DNA from: Octopus vulgaris
Taxonomy: Eukaryota
Reading direction: 5' to 3'
NCBI GenBank assembly: GCA_951406725.2
Contig: OX597818.1
Span: 46,004,001-46,068,000, forward strand
DNA length: 64,000 nucleotides
Position numbers and translations under genes: made by a program. Positions within the stretch are counted from its first letter, which is position 1. Every line of letters starts with the position of its first letter. The notes under the pieces were generated by a model that worked only from the letters and a program-made list of their open reading frames with translations, did no database searches and had not been told where the DNA came from. Shown in pieces: positions 26,102 to 38,084 of this stretch.

Positions 26102-27626
26102 AGGCTCCCCTCCAGTGCGTACGCACGAAGGAAACTTATTGTAGTGACTGCAAAACTCAAGGTGGACACCAGATAACCAAACAGCACACAATATAATAAA
26201 ATGGCAAAATTTATAACATACACAAGAAATTTACTAAAGGAAAAAAGAGAAAAAATACTCAATGAGCAAAAATCAAGAGTGCATGCATGAAAGTGTATAC
26301 ATCACAAAGTATAAACCCTTCCGCTGAAAGGAGCGGAGGGAAAGCAAAACTCACAGTCAATGAACCTAGGCGAAATTAAAATCCAACTTCTCTAAAGGTG
26401 GTTGATCCTGCAAAATAGCAGTTAAATCAATTGCTGCAGGAGAGGAAATGGAATCGACAGATAGATCGCTAGTAACACAAAAGGCAAAAGTGCAAGCATG
26501 CTGGTGTGATGCGCGACACAGATAAGTTTCTCTGTTAATTACGTGACCAACAGGAGTCTAACAGGGAAAAAATTACGCCTATACATGGCGCAGCGCATGT
26601 GAACATCCGACATTCTATGAGTCGGGAAAAGAATTAAGCTAACGCAAACGTGTTGCAAAAAACAAGGCAATACACGTGCGAAGCAAAGGCGCATGAAATG
26701 CAATAGAGCTTGCCAGACCGAAAAACAGCAATGAATATGCCAGTGGTTGAGCGATTATATGCCTCGTTCGTACAGGAACAAAGGTATGGCATGCCGGCGC
26801 GTTATAATGGACAAACAACCCTCTCTATGTATACGTGACCGACCTAGGGTCTATAGAAATGAGGTGTGTCCACAAAAGGCATATTTAGCATGGAAAAAAC
26901 AAGCGAGAAAAGCATGTGTGACGTATGTATGTGAGAGATAGCATTTATGTGTGTGTACGTGTGTGCGACAGAAATACATACAAGGTGAAATGCGAGCAGA
27001 AAAATAAATACAGCGCATAGAAAAAATGTCTCTCATGGCTATCCCAGACAATGGAGTTAATTTACCAGTCTCTAATAGCCTGATGCACAATAGCAGTTCG
27101 TTCTGTAACAGAATGTTGAAATCACAAATGCAGATGCCGGTTGAACACAATGTGTAGCGGTTGTAGCTTCGATGCTGTGACAGGTTAACTGGGTACAGAA
27201 GAAATCTCGTAGATAGTGCTGGGCTGTTAATTCTTGGCGCGCTATGCACGAAACAGCGTGAAAGCCAAAGTTCCGCGAGTTGCTATGTACATCTTGGTCG
27301 ACGGTGTTGAAAGGCGACGGTGGTGGTGGAAGGCGACTGTAGTGGACTTGAGACAACATCGTTCTTAGTGATGATGGCGACGAAGATAACGACGACGTGA
27401 AGTAGAAAGACGACGATGGCGATGACGAAGGTGGAGAAAAGGCATCGTTGATATGATGGCGTTCGTCATCATGGCTGTAGAATAAGAAAGAGCTCCTTCT
27501 ACAACTGTTTGTGGTGGCCGGAAACAAATCGTCGAAAGATGATGACTGCGTAGAGTTAAATCGTGTTCCGACTTCGCAGAAAAACTGGATTTTTTTGTTG
27601 TTAAGTGATCTCTGGTTTTAGACCAG

Positions 27627-27647
27627 AATCACGTCGGGGGTCCACCA
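27627..27647 (-). other. Primer-binding site, tRNA-Trp-like
   Basis: Plus strand reads AATCACGTCGGGGGTCCACCA versus the canonical eukaryotic tRNA-Trp 3' end AATCACGTCGGGGTCACCA (two extra nt), 1 nt from the LTR. Confidence 0.8.
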
Positions 27648-27648
27648 C

Positions 27649-28264
27649 TGTAACGAACTTAGTGTGAGTGAATATATCTTCTCTTGTACTTTCGGGGTAC
27701 AAGAGGCAATCACTAGCCGTTGCTTTAATAATCCAGATTCTCTGCCAGTCAGAAACAACAAGACGCAGACGTAAAAGATATATATACTACTTTATTCTCT
27801 AATGTGGTAACAGTAACAATAAGTGGTTATCTGATGTCCTTGGTTCTGGGCACGCAAGGCTGAAAGTTAATCGATTGTAATATTTACAATGTTCAGCCGC
27901 TAAAAACAGAACGGGTTAAAGATGGCGTCGAACAATGGAGACGATGTTGGTCTGCAACAATTTGGTTAAAGGCCTTTTGGTAAGGTGCTGCTAGAATCAA
28001 GTCCAGACGGAGAGAAAATATGCGTGACCGTCGCCTTCAGTCGCTGCTGTCTCAAGTCGTTGGCTGCTGCTGCTAGCGGTCAAACGTTCTACGACCCCCT
28101 TGCCTTAGCTAACTACCACGTAGACAAAAGGGTCGTGCTTCCGGTGGTTCGCGCATGCGCGAGAGGGCCCTTCCTTTCTGTGCCTTGGTGAAGGCACCAA
28201 CACTCGCACGCGCGAAATAGAAAATGGACGGTGCGCGCGCGCGCACCGTTATAGGATCACTACA
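27649..28264 (-). repeat. 5' LTR (616 bp)
   Basis: Direct repeat of 25509-26101; followed on the minus strand by the PBS. Confidence 0.95.
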
Positions 28265-29570
28265 GGAGTAAGTCAATTACATCGACCCACAGTACTCCAC
28301 CAATATTTATTTTAATGACTGTGAATGGATGAAAGAGAAAGTCGATCTCGGAAGCATTTGAACTCGGGGCGTAAAACTGGAAGATATGTCACTAAGCAAT
28401 TTGTCCGGCATGCCAACAATTCTGTCAACTTGTCGCCTTTACAGCGGCCAAGAATAATTTAAAGGGACGAATAGAATCTCCTTGGAGTCAAAGAAGAATG
28501 AATCAATGAAGCTATATTCTAATGGAAAATCCATACTTTTCAGAGGAGGCAGCACGTGTGGCAAGGCGTAGAATTGAAACTTTACAGTTTTAGTAACTCG
28601 GATTAGACCACACTTAAATCGGGTGACGTGACCAATCAGCTTGCAGAAATACCACCCCATATTATAGAATGTTCTATCATGTTCCAGAGTTCCCGCATAA
28701 AAAGGTGTTATACAAGCAACAACGAAGGCAAGCACAGCGAGAAAGAGACACAAAGATGGCCGAGGGACACAATGCACATGGACACAAACAACAAGTTCTT
28801 AAGAAGACAAAGTTCCTTGGTTGCTGCTCAGTCGTAGGTTACAGGAATCGTCGACTACAAAGAATAGAACATTTTCCCCGTCTCTCACGTGAAGCTATTT
28901 ATTTCTGTTATTAATGCAACTACTTTCTACTTTCTACTTCTGACACGATACGTTACTGGCAATCAACTATGTAATTATACAAAATTATGATATACATCTG
29001 TAAAAATAAATGTCATTTAAACAACGTTGGAGTCGGTTTTATTATGGGACAGCACACAGCGTAACATCGTACCAATACATCATCATCCCACGTAACTTTT
29101 GTCCACACACTTAATTATTCCAAAGACAATCTCCTGCCATAGACTTACATTGTATATAGCTAATCACTTAAAACTGCTTTAAGCATGACACTGATGGTAC
29201 AGAAAACAAGACATACATGTGAGTAACGCAGAAACGTAGAAAACAATATGAAAGAAGTTCTTTTGTCATTAAACTGCAGAGGTAACCTTCCTAAAAATAA
29301 CTACAATACCAAAATCCTTTTGAATGAAGCACGCATATTTGTACGTTCAATTGTTGCCTCTTCTTGTTTTATTTTTGTGTAAGTCGAAAGAATTAGTAGT
29401 TTTGTTCAAACTCTCCAAGCTTCTGAAAGTTTGAGAGTGAGAAAATCAAATGCACGTATCCTGAAGACGGATTTTGTAGTTAATATATACCTTTATTCTG
29501 CAATAATAGCATGCAATTTGTAATAGGAACCAATGAAAATCTCTGTGGCCAGTCTACCAACCTACTAAAA

Positions 29571-29620
<50 letters not shown>

Positions 29621-29648
29621 GAATATAAAGGCTTGAATATTTTTTGAT

Positions 29649-30299
29649 CAGTGGCGGCTCGTGTATAGGCACTGCGGAATTGCAGAACCCCTATTTCCAC
29701 TCGATATTATCAATAACATTCAATATGATGAGTCCTTTTTTCTTTAATTCTTTCTTTATACTTGTGCATTATGTAATCCTTAAGCTTAATGTCAGTAGCC
29801 ATCCCCTAGTTTATGAAAATAATACAAAAATCCTTGTATAGAACTGTGTGCTGCACAGTTCCAGCGACGCCGTGTTTGGCTGTTGTGCGCATGCTCACAT
29901 GTCCGAGATAGGAAGCTTCACATTAGGTAGTATTTCTTTTTGACTCCGCGTGTGTTATGCTTAAAAACGTGTTTATATTCTTGAGTGTGATATAGTTTAA
30001 AATTTGATTATTATCCTGCTTCCAGCTTCGGTGTTGCTGCCAGGATTTGAAAAATAGGGCAGATTTCCCCTGCCCCTTATCTTGTGATTTAGGGGGATTC
30101 TTGAAAAGCAGTGGGGAATTCGCGGCGGTGTTCAGTGAACAAATTAAACACACAACCCGGCAGTGGCTAAAACGCGAACCGATCAAGTTCATGTATAAAT
30201 ATTCTTTTTATATTTGTTTCCTTTTACACAATATTAAAACAACGGCTAAAATTTTTCTGAAGCAGCACCCCAACTAATTTTATCTACGAGCCACCTCTG
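29649..30299 (+). mobile_element. hAT-like MITE (a partial inverted copy lies at about 22790-22976)
   Basis: Ends CAGTGGCGGCTCGT / ACGAGCCACCTCTG; imperfect 8-bp flanks TTTTTGAT / CTTTTAAT. Confidence 0.6.
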
Positions 30300-30405
30300 C
30301 TTTTAATCATAGGTTTGCTCAATCAGTCCTGATTTGAAACTAAGCAACAATAATTCAAAGACCAGTAAAACAAATGGTTAGCCCTAACGATATTCAAAAA
30401 GGGAA

Positions 30406-31684
30406 TATATGAGAATTCTACTGAAAGTAATACAAAAGTGGATGTAACTTTTTTAGTAACTGACATTAGTCGTTCAAATTGCATATATTGGTTGAGTAAC
30501 TCTTTCTCAAAAGAAACTTACTGCTCAACATAGTTTCCTTCGCAAACTATTCATTTGCATCATCATCATTGAACTCAGTTTTCGAATCCTCTTGGAAAAA
30601 ATTCAGGTGTGCACTGTTGTATTCACTTCTTCACAGCCATTATTACTTTGTCTTTGTTATGAAATCATTGGCCCCTAATACTGTCCTTCATTGGATCGAA
30701 CAGTAGGAAATCGGAGGGCATCAGATGCCGGCTGTACGGTAGATGGTGTATCATTGATCAATCCGATTTGCTGACTGCCTAATTTATTGCCAAAAATGTG
30801 AGTGGTCACACATTCTTGTGGTGAATGTGAATCGTTTTCAGAATCTTGTTCGGTCTCTTCCTCCTAATAACTCCTCTAAGATTTTGGTGAGTGTCTCAAT
30901 GTATCGCTCGCTGTTCGTGGTACAGCCACATTCCCGAAAACCAAGGTGTATGACACGATTGTCAGTTTCCAAACTCTCACTTTGTATGTACCAATCATTG
31001 GTTCCAGAATTTCTTAAGCCTTGGCGAAGAAGTGTGACGCCATCCTGTCGAATGATCTTACGTTTCTGAATTATAAAGATACACCAACGTTTTATCCCCG
31101 GTCATTACATCAGGAAAATACAAGTCTTCATTGGATTCAAATGCTTCCAGCAGATCGGAGCAGGCTTTCACTCTTCACTCCCTCAAATCAGGGGGTTAAC
31201 TGCTTAGGTACTCACTTTGTACACACTTGTCAATACCCTGACGTCTTCAACCATTAGTAATGCCTTTTGACCGTGGTTCGGTTGTGCAGCAAGCTCACGG
31301 GTTGTAACGCGTCTGTCTTCGTTAATCAATTCGTCCACTCGCTGGTGACACGTGTCAATGGTTGCAGATGATGGTTTCCTGCTGTGTGACTAATACAAGG
31401 CTGGTTTCCCCCCGTTTCAAGCATCTTCATCCATCAGTGCACATTGCTCTTATCAATGATGTCAGTGAATGTCGAACATCCTGCACCGTTCGTTCATACA
31501 TCCAAGGACTTCATGACGGTGCGTTGCTTCTCTATAGAACTATCATTTGCCTGCAGTGAAGGACAGGAAGGTTTAATTACAGAGGAAGAATAAATTTGCC
31601 AACATACGCAATTTGAATGACTTACGTAAGTTAATAAAAGAGTTTTGCCCACGTTTGCATTACTTTCGGTACAGCTTTTGTGTA
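30406..31684 (-). mobile_element. Old degenerate mariner copy (second family)
   Basis: Diverged TIRs of about 56 bp (..ctactgaaagtaatacaaaagtgg.. versus ..gtaccgaaagtaatgcaaacgtgg..); minus-strand relics VMTGDKTLVY, IHIHHKNV*P and HLPYSRHLMPSDFLLF of the DD34D motifs. Confidence 0.8.
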
Positions 31685-31965
31685 TGTGTGTGCATATGTA
31701 TATATATGTGTGTGTGTGTGTGCGTGCGTTTGTATGTATGTATGTATGTATGTATGTATGTATGTATGTATGTATGTATGTATGTATGTATATGTGTGCG
31801 TGCGTTTGTATGTATGTATGTATGTATGTATATATGTGTGCGTGCGTGCGTTTGTATGTATGTATGTATGTATGTATGTATGTATGTATGTATGTATGTA
31901 TGTATGTATGTATGTATGTATGTATGTATATATGTATGTATGTATGTATTTATGTATGTATGTAT
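31685..31965. repeat. (TATG)n/(TG)n microsatellite
   Basis: Direct reading. Confidence 0.95.
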
Positions 31966-32499
31966 TCCGACATCAAAATATCAAAAGAAGCTATATGTAT
32001 TTGTGTTTACGAAGCTATATGAATCAATGCTAAGAAGCTTCTCGACTTTCAGAAAAGTTGGCTGATTAAAATGTCACACAAACACTTAATCTGTTATGTG
32101 TTGCATTGTTGCATACGTCAAAGCAGTTTTTGGCATTTACAGTTAACATTAGAATTTTAAAATTTTACTTTTTGTTTATTTAAATCTGAAATATCAACTA
32201 TCAGGATATTTCCTCTCTATTCTGCATCATAGTGGGGTGTTTTTTTTTTAGCTTACCGTCTTCTCTTCACTTATGCAACAATGCTTTTTGTAATTTGCAA
32301 GAATTTACTAACAAAAGAAATCCTTCATTTTAATTTTATTTTATTTCTTTTTCCTCCACCCCCTATGTTACTGAAATGTATGTCTACAAATCACAGGATC
32401 AGTTCTGCTTTATGTACCCGTTTATTCATCAGTGTCACGCTCATATAATTTTATATAATTAGCTGTATACAATGTCAATCAAGATTGGAGAACCTGCAG

Positions 32500-33350
32500 T
32501 CTTTGAAGTCTTAAGTACAACCCTTTGAATAAGAAGATATATTTTTGTTGATTCTTCGTTTTTTGGCATTCCCTCGTGTTGTATTCTTCAGTGGGTTTAT
32601 ATTCTAAGACTGCATGCAGGAACTTCAACGCAGCTTGTTTCTCCTTAGTCTCGCTTGCATTTGGCTCCCACTGTCAGTTCCATCTAACTGTTCCAACTAC
32701 TGGAGAGTTACAGCCGGGTGGCCAACACTGGAGTTATTTCCTTTGTTTCTATGTGATTGGTACAATAACTCCAACCATTGATTAGTGTCTTCCGACACAT
32801 AATCGTTAAAACTTGAAAGGCGGGTTGACAATAACAGCTTGACCTACGAACTTTAGGACCAGCCAATGCTTCATATGTATTGGGAGAGACACTAGTATCA
32901 CACAACAGACGTCTCAGGTGATTCAGGAACTTTACTTGGTATTTCAGGTAACTCAGAAACTTAAGGTATTCTAGGAATAACAACAGGAACCCAGCTGTTG
33001 TAGCATTGGAGTGTGAAGTACCAATGCTTCAGCTGAGTGGGCTAGAAACTTCAGAAGTCTATCTATAGTTGCTTTCATACATCGAAAATATTTTCAAGAA
33101 GGTATTTATCGTTGTTGGTGATGCTTCCATTTTTCATGGCTGTGCTTTCCGATGCTTGAGATGAACTTTTTGTCCACAGAATCCGTGAAGATCAAGAAAT
33201 CATAAACATGTAATTCGCCACTGTAAGGGGACGAATTATGATTTGTTTGGCAGACATCATTACGCATCAGCAAATTATTTGCTGATTTCCATAAACAATA
33301 GCTGATGTTCTTACGCTGTTTAGGAGTATAGGCGACGCGTCAGACAATGT
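32500..33350 (-). mobile_element. Possible decayed 3' end of a Gypsy element
   Basis: Minus strand encodes PKVRRSS.Y.QP then, after a frameshift, FNDYV, resembling the RRSxRxxxPPxRFxDYV pol tail; weak. Confidence 0.35.
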
Positions 33351-33557
33351 TTTAAACAATGGAATTTGCGATTCCGCGAAAAAAATAAACAAACAAAAAG
33401 AACAATTCCCTTTCACCATTCTAGATCGTACCTTATCCCGTGTCCTTTTTAATTTTTTTTTTCAGTTGCATGTTTTAATATGTTTTAATGAGATTATGCA
33501 AAATGATTTTTTTTAAAATTTCAAATTCTTCTATTTTGCCCTCCCTATACTTTAAAT

Positions 33558-33606
<49 letters not shown>

Positions 33607-33842
33607 GCACAGCAATTTATAGGGAAGGGGATCAGTCGACATCATCAACCTCAATACTTGACTGGTTTTCTATTTTATTGACCCCAGTGTGGGGATGAAA
33701 CGCAATGTTGCCCTTGGAGAGCCAGAATGATTGACGTAAAGAAATTTTCTTGTACTTTAATGAGTCTGCCAGCTCACCACCTTTAACCTTGCTATAAAAT
33801 GAAAGTATTGTGCATTCAATAATGAAAGGCTGCGCAGTAGCA

Positions 33843-34290
33843 TTCTTATTTCTTTGTTGCCCACAAAGGGCTTAACATAGAGGGGACAAACAAGGACAGA
33901 CAAAGAGATTAAGTCGATTATATCGATCCCAGTGTGTAACTGGTACTTAATTTATCGACCCCGAAAGGATGTAAGGCAAAGTCGACCTCTGCGGAATTTG
34001 AACTCAGAACGTAGCAGCAGATGAAATACCGCTGAGCATTTTGCCCGGCTAACGATTCTTATTTCTTTATTGCCCACATGGGGCCTAAACATAGAGGGGA
34101 CAAACAAGGACACACAATGAGATTAAGTCGCTTAAATCGACACCAATGCGTAACTGGTACTTAATTTATCGACCCCGAAAGGATGAAAGGCAAAGTCGAC
34201 CTCTGCGGAATTTGAACTCAGAACGTAACGGCAGATGAAATACCGCAAAGCATTTTGCCTGGCTAACGATTCTGCCAGCTCTCCGCCTTC
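33843..34290 (-). mobile_element. Tandem pair of SINE family B
   Basis: Two consecutive reverse-complement copies of the 14947-15177 element. Confidence 0.85.
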
Positions 34291-35707
34291 CAGCGTAGTA
34301 GCATTCTTTCACTTTCTATGACAACAGTAATCCGATTATTGACAGTTTCAATATTGTATTCTTTCCCTTTTTTACTGACTGCAACCAAAGAGATACAAGA
34401 GAGAACTCTATGCACATACAGGGTTGCCAGATTGTGCTACAAGTAGCAGATTGTAGCAGGTCTCTGCCCCAAATTTAAACTAGATTCTTTTTATCACCTA
34501 GAATTAAGTAAACAACAAAGCAGGATTTTCAAACTGAGAGATGGCATCATGGAATTCTTGGAATCTGGTCAAAACAACTCATAGATGTGATGAGATCGAC
34601 AGAATCCTGTCCAACCAAAATTGTCATTGGCAACCAAGAATTGTTGATATATAGTAGACGAATCTTGAATTGGAGTCGTTCAGTAAGCAGCCAGGTGATG
34701 TCAACCTGTCCAAGAGACAGGATGCTATAGACATAGACGAATAAAAACAATGGAATCTGATAATTTGAGAGTGGGCAATGAAATATAACGACAAACGAAA
34801 TTCTTTTGTCATGTGAATACTTTCGATCGATTTTGTTTTGACAACCTGTCTGCCAGCAAAATAAGCACGCTAACATTAGCTAACCAATCCAATATATCAA
34901 CATTCATTACCACATACAAAAAAAAAAAAACATCCCTTTGTATCCGGAAAAAATACACCTACATGTTATTGTGAAATAAACATTGTTTTTCTATTCTTCT
35001 GTTTTGGCTGTACCGGACCGTTGCGTCTGGTACATCTCTCTAAAATAACAATAAATATATGAAGAACTGTTTTCGATTCATATCCATTTGGTCAACATCC
35101 TATTGTGACAGTATCATATTACCTTTCAAAACTGCACGCTACAATGTTTATAAATTTGAGCTGCTTGCTACTTTTTTGACAACTTGAAAAAATGTTTGAG
35201 GTCCTAAAACCCACTAGTTTTCTATTTTATTTATTCTTGACCAATCAATAAAATTTATAGATGAATTAAATAGAATTCTTAAATACCTTGAATCAAATCG
35301 CTGTGTTGCTGTAACAACTATAGAATTAAACGACATGATACGGTAATTTTCAAAAGCAACTGATGAAGATATTGCATAAACTGATAAATTCAAGTAGCGG
35401 AAAATTCAACGAACTTGCACTTCCCGTTAGTAGTTATTTACAGCTGATAACATCATACAATAGCTAATATAACACTTCCAATTGCACTTCATGTTCTCAA
35501 CAAATTGTTCAAGTGATCGTTCGTTAGACATGTGCATTAACTTATTTAAATATTTTCTTCATAAATTTTATGTAAAATTTCGATATGGTTTAAAATTAGT
35601 TTTAAGTTAAAATTTTTTTTTATAATTATAAATAATTGTTATGGTGGAATGACATTCACATGGTTTACAGGAACCGGATCCAGGATTGAACCACCAGCGA
35701 AAATGCA

Positions 35708-36088
35708 CTCTTTTATTCTTTTACTTGTTTCAGTCATTTGACTGCGGCCATGCTGGAGCACCGCCTTTAGTCGAGCAAATCGACCCCAGGACTTACTCTT
35801 TGTAAGCCTAGTACTTATTCTATCGGTTTGCCGAACCGCTATGTTACGGGGGCGTAAACACACCAGCATCGGTTGCCAAGCGATGTTGGGGGGACAATCA
35901 CAGACACACACACATATATATATACGACGGGGTTCTTTTCAGTTTCCGTCTACCAAATCCACTCACAAGGCTTTGGTAGGCCCGAGGCTATAGTAGAAGA
36001 CACTTGCCCAAGGTGTCACGCAGTGGGACTGAACCCGGAACCATGTGGTTGGTAAGCAAGCTACTTACCACAAGCCACTCCTGTGCCT
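35708..36088 (-). mobile_element. SINE family A, full-length copy
   Basis: Co-linear with the other copies. Confidence 0.9.
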
Positions 36089-36496
36089 GTAATTTAAGCT
36101 GATTTAAGTTTTTTCCAAAGCAGTACATATGTCTTCATACATCTCAAATGAAAATAAGATGTCTTCTCCCTCTACAAATGATGCACCAGAAACCTTATTC
36201 TCATTTGTCAATTTTTATGAGCCTGTGAATTGCTTAAAGAAAAGTGGGGATGTAATGATACGAAACTAAATGTACTTAGTTTCACATTTTTAAATACGCT
36301 GTCGTTTGAGCGAAGCTGAAAATGTATTGATCCCAAGCATTTGATTTATTGTCCATTGTATGCCATCAGACGAATGTTTTTCTCTGGTTTTAGCATGACT
36401 GCTGTTGGAGTTGGTTCGTACAACTGGCGATATGTACGCATTGGCAATGTCTTACCTGCTGCTCTTGTATCAATCTTTAATTTTATTTATTGTACC

Positions 36497-36932
36497 TGTA
36501 GGAGGTGAGGTTGGCACTGGATGGGTGCCTCACAATTCCTTACATAGTCGTGGAAAGGAAAATAGCGGGAACAGGAATCTACGAACAGATAATAATAATA
36601 ATTTATTTCGCCGAAATAAGCATTTCATCTCATGACATCGGTAGCCTGGACGTCAGTGGGGTGGAAACAGCAGAGTCGGTTTAATCACAATTGTGAATGC
36701 GTTATTCACAGATTCGCAGAAGTCGTGGATCGCCTTCACACGGAACTAGTCTGGTTGCGTCTGGCTCGGTCGGCAGCAGGGGTGAAGAGAGAGAATAGCG
36801 GTCAAGCCTAGCTGTTGCTGATGACTGCGCGTGCGCATAAGGGGCTTCTGACAGGCCTTCCGGAAGACTCTAATCCCTGCGCATGCGTGGGTGAAAATCC
36901 CAAAATGGCGTCTGGAACCAGGCGTCGCTACA
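36497..36932. mobile_element. Solo LTR (436 bp) of another family, inserted at the gag/protease junction
   Basis: TGTAG...CTACA termini and 4-bp TSD TACC (36493-36496 / 36933-36936); removing it restores the frame PLKEKVQ*IKLKIDT. Confidence 0.85.
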
Positions 36933-37867
36933 TACCTTTTCTTTCAGTGGATATATGATATCCAATGTTGCAAATGCTTCATTTCGCATGCTTGAAATTT
37001 GTATGCAGTGGTAGGGGTCACAGTTCTCTTCTTCTGAGTCAGTATGTGCCTTGTTGCTTGATTCTATATCATGGAATTTTTTACGTGCTCTTTTTCTATT
37101 GCCATTTTCCTGTCTTGTTCTATTTTGTTTGTTCCGTTGACGACAGAATTTTTTCCAGTGTTCCTTTTTGTTGCAGGAATCATTGTATGCAGGGTACTTC
37201 CTTGGTGGGTGCATTCGTCCACAATTTCAACATGAACGCCTGACAGCATATACATTGTTTGGTTCTGCACTTGCAAGTGGTTGTATCTGACTTCTTCCTG
37301 CAAGAATAGTTTCAAATTTTCTACCCTCTGTTAGAGCAGCTCTTTTTGGAAGGCTTCAATGGGAGTTGAAGTAATCAATAATTCAATGATCCATGTTCAA
37401 GCTCTCTTTCTTCCAACTCATGTGTTTTTGCTATTGTTCAGGCTCTTGTAACAAACTCATCAACTGCTTCATCATGCTGCTGTCTACATTCCATCAGTTT
37501 AAGGCAATGTACTCTGAAATTGATGTTTGTCTTGACTTGTGCTTCGAACAATTGCCACAGTTTATTTGGTTTTTTTCTTGTCAGCGTCTGATAAGCTAGA
37601 CGCAGTCAGACGTTTGAGTCCTTCATTTTCCAATGCCTCTTAATATTTTCAAGCTATTTTCCTTGGTTCTGTAATTTCCTCATCTTCACAATAGTACATG
37701 ATGTTTTGTTTGAATATTTGCAGGGCTTTGGCTGCATTGTCTGTGTGCCACTGCAGTTCGGGAATGCGAGATTTCGCCATATTATTGTTGTTTTTCTTGT
37801 GCAATACAACACCGTATGATTTGGTTATATTCTGTGACACAACACGCGCTATGTAGCCGATATGATA

Positions 37868-38084
37868 GGCGGCGAGCTGGCAGAAACGTTAGCACGCCGG
37901 GCGAAATGCGTAGCCGTATTTCGTCTGCCTTTACGTTCTGAGTTCAAATTCCGCCGAGGTCGACTTTGCCTTTCATCCTTTCGGGGTCGATTAAATAAAT
38001 ACCAGTTACGCACTGGGGTCGATATAAGCGACTTAATCCGTTTGTCCTCTCTGTGTTTAGCCCCTTGTGAGTAGTAAATAAATA
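37868..38084 (+). mobile_element. SINE family B inserted in the Gypsy leader
   Basis: Family B sequence with TSD-like GATAT(G/A)ATA flanks. Confidence 0.85.

Larger units (their letters stand above)
25509..28264 (-). mobile_element. Complete non-autonomous Gypsy-like LTR retroelement (2.76 kb)
   Basis: LTRs 25509-26101 and 27649-28264 (TGTA...TACA); TSD GGAG (25505-25508 / 28265-28268); PBS similar to the tRNA-Trp 3' end at about 27627-27647; PPT GGAGGGGAG (minus strand) next to the left LTR; only a decayed gag-like trace (ELWLS..RINS..TRF) inside; inserted in a family B SINE. Confidence 0.93.

Noticed and set aside
25825-28191. Identical 68-aa ORF present twice
   Set aside because: Lies in both LTRs, antisense to the element; the identity reflects LTR duplication.
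34547-34876. 109-aa minus-strand ORF in unique sequence
   Set aside because: No recognisable domain or consistent splice structure.
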